DNA from: a virus
Length of the DNA stretch: 64,000 nucleotides
Virus record (IMG/VR): IMGVR_UViG_3300047198_000026
Location: 38,593-102,592 of that record
Strand: one strand, 5' to 3'
Of the stretch, positions 1 through 7,192 are shown in pieces; position 1 is the first letter of the stretch; the number at the start of each line of letters is the position of its first letter. The translations under genes and the position numbers were made by a program. The notes below the pieces were generated by a model. The model made no database searches and was not told the DNA's origin. It saw only the letters and a list, made by a program, of their open reading frames with translations.

Positions 1-195
1 AATTTACCTGAGTGTCAAGGCTGTGAATTTATAACCTTTTGTCAAGGTGGTTGTCCTTATAGTCGTAAGTTGACTTACGGAACTTACGACAAGAGAACTC
101 CATTTTGTGAGGAGCTGAAAACTCTTTACCCAAGGGTGCTTGAATTGGCTAAAAAATGGAAAGAATACCAAGAACGTATAATGAAAGGAGAATAA
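1..195 (+). CDS. 3' end of a radical SAM/SPASM protein (truncated by window edge)
   Basis: Frame 1 reads NLPECQGCEFITFCQGGCPYSRKLTYGTYDKRTPFCEELKTLYPRVLELAKKWKEYQERIMKGE*. This is a SPASM CxxC..C.GGC motif closely matching the C-terminus of 4279..5313. Not in the ORF track. Confidence 0.85.
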   Translation, partial: NLPECQGCEFITFCQGGCPYSRKLTYGTYDKRTPFCEELKTLYPRVLELAKKWKEYQERIMKGE

Positions 196-197
196 AT

Positions 198-1373
198 ATG
201 TTAGTTTCCAATGCGTCATTAAACTTGACTCAAGAATGTAATTTAAGATGTGAATATTGTTTTACGTATGGGCACACATCTAAACGGATGAGTTGGGCTG
301 TCGCAAAAAAGAGCGTAGATTTTCTTTTCAATAATGCTAAACGTACAAAAGAAAATAAAATGGTTAGAATAGATTTTTGGGGAGGGGAGCCACTATTAGA
401 ATGGAATTTGTTGAAGAAGATAACTTTGTATGCAGAAAGTGTATCGAAAAGAACCACCATTCCTGTGCATTTTGGTGGAACGACCAATGGTACACTCCTA
501 ACTGAAGAGAAATTTACATTTTTGGGAAAACATGGTATTAAGTTTTTGGTATCTCTTGATGGCACGGCAGAAAGTCACAATAAATATAGGGTATTTAGAT
601 CTGGTAGGGGGTCTCACGCTCTAATAGTAAAAAATATGAAGAAGGTTTTGAAGAAATGGCCTGATTATGCTGTAAGATTATCCCCTTATCCAGAAAGTAT
701 TAAACGATTTTATAACGACATTAAATTCTTAATAGATCTGGGTTTTAGGAATGTAATGTATAGTCCTGTATTTGAGGCAAACTGGAAAGAGAAAGATTGG
801 AATAAATGGGAAGATGAAGGTTATAAAGTAGTGGATTTATTATCCGAAAAGAAGAGAGAAGGGATCAATATTTTTATTCATCAGTTTGATGAATTTTGTG
901 GTCAGGAGTTGGATCAAAAATACCCTTGTGGAGCGGGGAGGCATTATATTGGGATTGACATAGATGGAGGAATATATCCTTGTCATCGATTTTGTAAATT
1001 TGATGGAAAATCTTGGAAAGAAAAGGAAACTTGTATCGGTCATGTAGACTTGGGTATCATTAATCTTGAATTTATAGATAGGTTTATTAATTTTAAAACC
1101 TGTGAAGGATGCGAGTTTGCTAACACTACTCCTTGCTGTGGTGGTTGCCCAGCGACTAATTATGATCTCACAGGAGATATAAATACACCCACAGATAAGA
1201 ATTGTAGATGGATTAAGGTACAAACCAAAATTTCCAGATACATGATGGAGAAAGAAAATCTGAAAAGAACAACCCCACAAGCGGTTATGGATTTATTAAG
1301 ACGGCTTGAAATGCGGGTGGAGCAAATAGAAAAATATATCGAGGATAAAAACAATTTATCCACGGTTACTTGA
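198..1373 (+). CDS. Radical SAM/SPASM peptide-maturase-like protein
   Basis: CNLRCEYC, FWGGEPLL, TTNG, SLDG, and SPASM CGAG...GGIYPC...CxxC...C.GGC. Start moved from 156 to the ATG at 198 behind an AAAGGAG RBS. Confidence 0.92.
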   Translation: MLVSNASLNLTQECNLRCEYCFTYGHTSKRMSWAVAKKSVDFLFNNAKRTKENKMVRIDFWGGEPLLEWNLLKKITLYAESVSKRTTIPVHFGGTTNGTLLTEEKFTFLGKHGIKFLVSLDGTAESHNKYRVFRSGRGSHALIVKNMKKVLKKWPDYAVRLSPYPESIKRFYNDIKFLIDLGFRNVMYSPVFEANWKEKDWNKWEDEGYKVVDLLSEKKREGINIFIHQFDEFCGQELDQKYPCGAGRHYIGIDIDGGIYPCHRFCKFDGKSWKEKETCIGHVDLGIINLEFIDRFINFKTCEGCEFANTTPCCGGCPATNYDLTGDINTPTDKNCRWIKVQTKISRYMMEKENLKRTTPQAVMDLLRRLEMRVEQIEKYIEDKNNLSTVT

Positions 1374-1416
1374 GCTTGCTGAAAAGTGGAAGAGATATCA
1401 GGAGCATATGTTGTAA
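1348..1416 (+). pseudogene. Remnant copy of a radical SAM C-terminus
   Basis: Reads KTIYPRLLELAEKWKRYQEHML*, versus KTLYPRVLELAKKWKEYQERIM at 118-183. No start; in-frame stop upstream at 1327. Confidence 0.75.
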
Positions 1417-1487
1417 GGAGTCATGAAACGGTAGAATTTATTCCTCCAGATGGGAGCTTTTTCAATTATTTTAATTAGAGAGGGAAT

Positions 1488-2738
1488 ATGACTGAATTTC
1501 CAATTACCAGATGTAGTATTAATTTGACTAGGGCCTGCAATCTTAAGTGTGCCTTTTGCTTTACCTACGGATGCCGTCCTGGCAGAATGGGATGGGAAAC
1601 GGCCAAGAGATCGGTCGACTTCCTATTTCACAATGCCGAGAAGGCCACCATCCAAGAAGGAAAGACTGTTGAGATAGGATTTTGGGGAGGGGAGCCACTA
1701 TTAGAATGGGAATTATTGAAGAGGATAACCCTGTATGCGAAGAAGACGAAACCCCCATCAGTGAATCTGATGTTTGGTGGAACGACCAATGGTACACTCC
1801 TGACCCCTGACAAATTTGCCTTCCTGGATGAACACAAGATATTCTTTATGGTCAGTATAGACGGGCAAGAGAAGAGCCACAACCTATACCGTAAGTTCCA
1901 TGATGGAAGGGGTTCACATTCAGTGGTAATGAAGAACCTGGAGTCCATCCTAAAGAAATGGCCTTTCTATAGAGCCCGGTTGTCTCCCAGTGTGGAAACA
2001 GTCCCTGACTTCTTTGAGAATATGAAATACCTCTTTGACTTTGGATTCGAATATGTTATGTTCTCTCCTGTCTATGAAGGCAATTGGACTCCTGAGGTGT
2101 GGAAGACATATGAGGACCAATGTAAGTTGGTAGTGGATTACATGGTGTCAGAGAAGGCCAAGGGAAGGAATTTGAAAGTAGAACACTTCGAATCCTATAA
2201 GGGTTCTGACAATTCTAAATGGCCATGTGGGGCTGGAAGGTTCTATGCGGGAATAGACATTGATGGGGCCATCTATCCTTGCCACAGATTTAACAAGTTT
2301 AATGACATGCGACCATGGACTGAAAAGGAAGTTTGTATTGGACATGTGGATGTTGGAATCACCAAACCAGACTTTAGAAAGTTATTCACCACAGACTGGA
2401 AGCCTGAATGTGGAGAGTGTCCAAGACTTAAGGACACACCTTGTCATGGGGGATGTTACGCAGTGAACTTCGACTTTACAGGAAAGATTAATACACCCCA
2501 TCTAGGACTTTGTTCCTATGTTGAGATGCAAAGAAATGTCTCAAAATACTTGGAAGAGAAACTTCCTTCCCCACCCCAACAGGGAACAAGGGGTTGTATT
2601 TGTTATAATATGTGTTACGCTGAGGGAACAGACCAAGAGATTACTCATAGGGACAAATCGAATGATATGACGTGCGTGTGCTATAACGCCCAATATAATG
2701 GGCCTTTGGATGAGAAAATTGCTAGGAGGCTTATATAA
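1488..2738 (+). CDS. Radical SAM/SPASM peptide-maturase-like protein with Cys-rich C-terminal tail
   Basis: CNLKCAFC, FWGGEPLL and SPASM motifs; paralog of 198..1373. Tail is CICYNMCY...CVCYNAQY. Confidence 0.93.
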   Translation: MTEFPITRCSINLTRACNLKCAFCFTYGCRPGRMGWETAKRSVDFLFHNAEKATIQEGKTVEIGFWGGEPLLEWELLKRITLYAKKTKPPSVNLMFGGTTNGTLLTPDKFAFLDEHKIFFMVSIDGQEKSHNLYRKFHDGRGSHSVVMKNLESILKKWPFYRARLSPSVETVPDFFENMKYLFDFGFEYVMFSPVYEGNWTPEVWKTYEDQCKLVVDYMVSEKAKGRNLKVEHFESYKGSDNSKWPCGAGRFYAGIDIDGAIYPCHRFNKFNDMRPWTEKEVCIGHVDVGITKPDFRKLFTTDWKPECGECPRLKDTPCHGGCYAVNFDFTGKINTPHLGLCSYVEMQRNVSKYLEEKLPSPPQQGTRGCICYNMCYAEGTDQEITHRDKSNDMTCVCYNAQYNGPLDEKIARRLI

Positions 2739-3545
2739 GTGATAGCCATTCTTATTCAAAAAGAGCCCTATCCTATCCATGAGGGCCATAAGGCCGTAAT
2801 CAACTATGCCCGGTCTTTGGGTGATCCGATAGTTATTATGCCCCCTCACGCAGGTATGTGGCATAAATACCTAAAAGGGGGAATAGAGGAAGTAGGAGAA
2901 GAGAATATTGATGTTAGGATAAACTCTATAAAAGAATTAGGTATTCCAGTTGAGCGAATGCGCCCTGTCTCGGTTCACAAGGATATAAGACAAAAGGCAT
3001 TAGATTTTGCCTCTGCCTTTATGGAACCTTATAAAGACACATTAATTTTAGACAGGTATATTCAAGTGGCAACCTTGCTTGTGGCAGGGACACACCTAAG
3101 ACGTAAGATATGGAAAGACCAGATGTTGAAGTCCAAAATCCCCATTGAAGCCGCGGCTAGGGGTCCGTCAGTGATATCCTTCTTTCTTGCCCAAGTAAAT
3201 CCCAAGTTGGGTAGGCCCCCTTGTTATGTGTACCCTAAAATAGTTAAAGACCCTCGTACAGGAATTCAATTCCAGAGTTCTATAAATCAGATTTTGGGTT
3301 CACACAGGCCAGCCTTAGAAAGACTTCCCATGGTGCTTGGAGAATTTAAGGATAGGTTGAAAGTGGGAAGAAATTTAGAATTAGAGAAGGAGATTAATGG
3401 ATCTTACTACTATACTCCCTGGAAAATCCAGGAGATTGCTGTGTTTGAAGGGGGTATGGTTCCTGGAAGATTAGAAGTTGTATCCTTTAGGTTTCCCTGT
3501 TTAAGAGGGAGTATACTAATTGAGGTAACTGAGTATTATCAGTAA
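2739..3545 (+). CDS. HIGH-family nucleotidyltransferase, divergent pantoate--beta-alanine ligase (PanC)-like
   Basis: IHEGHKAVINYAR..GD.IV resembles the PanC HIGH region; PKIVKDPRTGIQFQSS resembles the PanC P..R..DGLA.SS motif. Confidence 0.55.
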   Translation: MIAILIQKEPYPIHEGHKAVINYARSLGDPIVIMPPHAGMWHKYLKGGIEEVGEENIDVRINSIKELGIPVERMRPVSVHKDIRQKALDFASAFMEPYKDTLILDRYIQVATLLVAGTHLRRKIWKDQMLKSKIPIEAAARGPSVISFFLAQVNPKLGRPPCYVYPKIVKDPRTGIQFQSSINQILGSHRPALERLPMVLGEFKDRLKVGRNLELEKEINGSYYYTPWKIQEIAVFEGGMVPGRLEVVSFRFPCLRGSILIEVTEYYQ

Positions 3546-3565
3546 CAGGATGGAGGAACTAAGAG

Positions 3566-4282
3566 ATGTTTCAGTTAAAGGGTTGTTCAAGGTTAATACC
3601 TAGGGGAGGAGTTGTCATTCGTGGGATGTCCTATATAGACGTCAATGATGTCCTTCTTGAAGACAGGATGGCAACTAAGAAGTTTTTCGCTGAAGATTAT
3701 GAGTACGGTGAGGCCGTTAGGAGAGGGTTAGCTCATTATAGAACTATGGAAATAGGTAGGCAATTTATTGTTTACGTTTATAAAAATCTGGACCTTCTAG
3801 GATGCCTCCTAAGTTTTGAACTACTTAATAACATGGATGGATATGGTAAGGGAGACTTTAATCATTCCCAATTAATCTATCCTAAATACAGGCATACCCA
3901 ATTTTCTAGGTACTCATCACTAAACTTTAGGCACATGATGTTCCGGTCTGGAGTAGCCAATAAAATATATGTCTATGCTCCCTCTTCTAGATCAAAATCG
4001 CATTCCTTTCTAGATGCGATGGATGTGTCTAAAATGCCTTGTGCATCAGGATTACCATTTGAATTTATTGATATCCGATTTTCGGAGCACATCTCAGTTT
4101 CAAAAAGATTACATCTTGAGGGAGTCCCTTTTCTTATTCTGGAATTTGATGGTGAGAAATATAGGAAGCTGACTTTAGATGATTTTGCAGAGAGTGTCCC
4201 CAATAAGGGTAAGGAACTTGTAGCCCAGTGGTTATCTGAGGCCGACCATGCGTCTGAATTGGTCAGAGGAGAGGTAAAATGA
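3566..4282 (+). CDS. Hypothetical protein, possible GNAT-like fold
   Basis: GGAGG RBS; LIYPKYRHTQFSR is reminiscent of GNAT motif A. The fold call is weak. Confidence 0.4.
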   Translation: MFQLKGCSRLIPRGGVVIRGMSYIDVNDVLLEDRMATKKFFAEDYEYGEAVRRGLAHYRTMEIGRQFIVYVYKNLDLLGCLLSFELLNNMDGYGKGDFNHSQLIYPKYRHTQFSRYSSLNFRHMMFRSGVANKIYVYAPSSRSKSHSFLDAMDVSKMPCASGLPFEFIDIRFSEHISVSKRLHLEGVPFLILEFDGEKYRKLTLDDFAESVPNKGKELVAQWLSEADHASELVRGEVK

Positions 4283-5313
4283 TGCCTGCGTTGATGCTAT
4301 ATATAAATATCTCTAATGCTTGTAATCGGCAGTGTGATCATTGCTATTCCTCCAATACTGGTGAGAAGATGAGTAAAGAAACAGTTGGGGAAGTGGTTAA
4401 GTGGGCTAAAGGTATTTGCGAGGAGGAGAAAGTTAAATATCTCAAATTAATTTTCTTAGGAGGGGAACCTCTAAATAATATAGATAACCTTTTGCTGATG
4501 GTTGACTTATTCAATAAGCACCTTCCTCAGCTTCAAGATCCTTTTTGGGATACTAAGTATATGTTGTCCACGAATGGTGATTTGATCACTGATTCTATTC
4601 TAAGAGAACTGAAGAGCAGGAGAATTTGGGTATCGCTGAATCCGTCAAACAGTAGTATGGGAGACCTTGAAGATAAGATATTAAAGGTTAAAGAAGTGAA
4701 TGGAGGGTGTGCATTACTTACGGTGTTAAACGACGCGAATTTGCCAAGAGCCGTGGATCTGGCTAAATTGGCAGTTAGGCATGCCTGTTTTATTAGAATG
4801 AATAGGATGTTTCAAGGGTCATCAGATCCAGAATACATTAGAGAGTACGGTAGTCAATTGGGCAAAATGATGGACATCTTCCTTGCTGCCAAGAGGGTAG
4901 CCTGGCCTAACTGGATGGTAGATTCTACTATGCCTGTAAGGTTTGCTGACATTTATTCCCAGACAACCAGAAATTGTTATTCTTGTGGTGAGTGGCTCTT
5001 TACCATCGATTGGGATGGGATGATAAGAAGTTGTAACGCTGATCCTGATACGGTTATTGGGTATATTAGAACTCACAAGCATAGGAAGGATTTTAAATTC
5101 CCCCATAGGTGGAGTGCTGCAAATCTTCCAGAGTGTCAAGGCTGTAAGTGGATTGTTTTGTGTCAGGGTGGATGCCCTTACTGTAGAAAAGTAGCGTATG
5201 GTACGTACGACAAGAAAACTCCATTTTGTGAGGTGCACAGGGATATCTGGCCTAAACTTATGGAACTTACGGAGAGATGGAAATTAAGTCATAGTGGGTT
5301 GTTTACACGATGA
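4279..5313 (+). CDS. Radical SAM/SPASM protein
   Basis: CNRQCDHC, FLGGEPL, STNG, and SPASM C...DGMIRSC...CQGC...CQGGCPYC. Confidence 0.9.
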   Translation: MMPALMLYINISNACNRQCDHCYSSNTGEKMSKETVGEVVKWAKGICEEEKVKYLKLIFLGGEPLNNIDNLLLMVDLFNKHLPQLQDPFWDTKYMLSTNGDLITDSILRELKSRRIWVSLNPSNSSMGDLEDKILKVKEVNGGCALLTVLNDANLPRAVDLAKLAVRHACFIRMNRMFQGSSDPEYIREYGSQLGKMMDIFLAAKRVAWPNWMVDSTMPVRFADIYSQTTRNCYSCGEWLFTIDWDGMIRSCNADPDTVIGYIRTHKHRKDFKFPHRWSAANLPECQGCKWIVLCQGGCPYCRKVAYGTYDKKTPFCEVHRDIWPKLMELTERWKLSHSGLFTR

Positions 5314-5323
5314 GAGGAAAAAT

Positions 5324-5743
5324 ATGGACAATAAATATGTAGCAGGCTTGTTTGATGGAGAAGGGTACATAACAATATCTAGGTATAAAAGACCAGAAAC
5401 CGGTACCATGCACTATAGTCCTCAAATTGGAATATCAATGTGTTGGAAACCAACTCTAGAAGAGATGAAAGAACAGTTTGGTGGGTCTCTTCGTAAGCAC
5501 AAGTTGTTGAAAGGGAAGACGATCTGGAGATGGGTAATCTATAATGGACAGGCCAAGAACTTTTTAGAAGTCATCCTACCTGAACTAAGGGAAAAGAGGT
5601 CTCAGGCAGTTCTAATTATGGATTATTATATAAATCTTGAATCTAGGGGTAAGTCTAAAATTCGGTTATCCGAGTCTGAAGTTGGAACTAGAGAGAAGTA
5701 CTATCGCGATCTCAAAGGTCTAAAGAAAATGGAGTGGGTGTAA
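5324..5743 (+). mobile_element. Free-standing single-motif LAGLIDADG homing endonuclease
   Basis: YVAGLFDGEGYI motif and typical FGG / ILP.LREKR.QA segments. ATG at 5324 follows GAGAGG. Confidence 0.85.
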
Positions 5744-6465
5744 TGTCCTGGCAGAAGGCATGGCCAAAGGTCTGGGCAGCGGCTGCCACATGTGCTGTTG
5801 ATGTAGTTAGTGGAAGCACAGAGCAGATACGGGCCAACTGGAAAGCAATAGAAGACTGGACTAAGAAGGGTCACTATAATATGGACAACGTGACCAGCGC
5901 TGGAGCCCACGTATTGGGACAAGTAGGAACTCTGGCAGTGTCCTCTACCTCTCAAATTGCTACCATATCAGCCCCGGGAACGGGAGCATGGGCTTGGGAT
6001 ACAACGAAAGGGGAATTACAGATTCTAACGTCAGGAGGAGTTTGGGAAAGTGCCACCGCTTCAGCCTTCTCAAGAGTGAGAAAAGTCCATACGGGGATTT
6101 CAATACCAGATTCAATTTGGACATCAGTACCTTGGTATGACTCTACTGCTCAAAGAACCTACGACGGACTATCCGAATTTGGAAGTTATACAGTATTTAC
6201 TGCAATTAACGCTGGTTACTATTTAGTTCGAGCATCTGCCCACTGGGCTGCTGCTACAACCGATTACCAAAAAGCTATTGGGATTTTTAATGGTGCCTAT
6301 GCTACTGCAATAGGAAGACGGTTTAGTAGGTGGAAGAGGACCACTTCGGTAGTTGATGTTGTTCAGATGGCTGTAGGTGACCAACTCTCAATAAAGTGTT
6401 GGCAAAATAGTGGGGTAGCCTCTAGTATTGATGAGGCTAAATTGAGCATCACGAGGTTGAGTTAA
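5743..6465 (+). CDS. Tail fibre/virion protein with C-terminal C1q-like domain (paralog 1)
   Basis: FTAINAGYYLV...MAVGDQLSI C1q-like pattern; N-terminal NW.AIEDW...H shared with the next two genes; TAATG overlap. Confidence 0.65.
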   Translation: MSWQKAWPKVWAAAATCAVDVVSGSTEQIRANWKAIEDWTKKGHYNMDNVTSAGAHVLGQVGTLAVSSTSQIATISAPGTGAWAWDTTKGELQILTSGGVWESATASAFSRVRKVHTGISIPDSIWTSVPWYDSTAQRTYDGLSEFGSYTVFTAINAGYYLVRASAHWAAATTDYQKAIGIFNGAYATAIGRRFSRWKRTTSVVDVVQMAVGDQLSIKCWQNSGVASSIDEAKLSITRLS

Positions 6466-6466
6466 A

Positions 6467-7183
6467 ATGAGCTGGGACGCAAGTGTACCTATTAGTGGAA
6501 CACGAATTGTTGATATCCCTACTGTACATGGAGCTAATTGGACTGCCATTTCAGACACTTGGGGATTGGAGCATCAAGTATGGTCAGTGGTTGCATCAGG
6601 ACGACATAAGCCAGGAATATCTGGGTTAGTTGGTTCTATAGCATCTTCGGCATTACCCCTAACTGCTGAGGAAGGATGTGTGGTTCTTGATGATGCCTCC
6701 TCTGGAGTGGGATGGGTTTATTCTGGGGGCAAATGGCAAATGCCCTCCTCAGGATTTGCCACCGTTCGTGTACATGTTTATAGAGGAACTAACCAGACCA
6801 TATCCGCGGGAACTACTGCCACAGTGGGATTTTCCACCTCAGGAGTGGACAGTATGGCATCATTTAATACTACAACGTTTACCTTTACATCTCCCGCAGA
6901 CGGCTACTATCTAGTGAATCCCGTAATCAGTCTCACTCCAGATGTGGCAAACAAAGCAGTTTACCTTCAGGTTCAACATCTGGATTCTCTAGGTACTATT
7001 CGGTATACAGTAACAGAGAGCAAAGGGACTTTGTCCACAGATGAATTCAGCATGGAGGTTTCACCCGTTCTTTATCTATCAGCAGGAGATTTGATTAAGA
7101 TAACATTCTATCATAATTCAACGTCAATGGCCATTCAGGGAGGAGCAGAACGCACCTTCCTTGATATTTACCGTATGTCATAA
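6467..7183 (+). CDS. Tail fibre/virion protein with C1q-like domain (paralog 2)
   Basis: FTSPADGYYLV...LYLSAGDLIKI plus the shared N-terminal module. Confidence 0.7.
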   Translation: MSWDASVPISGTRIVDIPTVHGANWTAISDTWGLEHQVWSVVASGRHKPGISGLVGSIASSALPLTAEEGCVVLDDASSGVGWVYSGGKWQMPSSGFATVRVHVYRGTNQTISAGTTATVGFSTSGVDSMASFNTTTFTFTSPADGYYLVNPVISLTPDVANKAVYLQVQHLDSLGTIRYTVTESKGTLSTDEFSMEVSPVLYLSAGDLIKITFYHNSTSMAIQGGAERTFLDIYRMS

Positions 7184-7192
7184 GGAGTGTAA

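Noticed and set aside
156-197. ORF-track start at 156 for the first full rSAM
   Set aside because: It overlaps the upstream gene's coding end; the ATG at 198 has a strong RBS and aligns with the paralog's start.
5324-5743. Group I intron or intein around the LAGLIDADG
   Set aside because: Both flanking genes are complete, there is no room for intron core RNA, and the ORF has its own RBS, start and stop.
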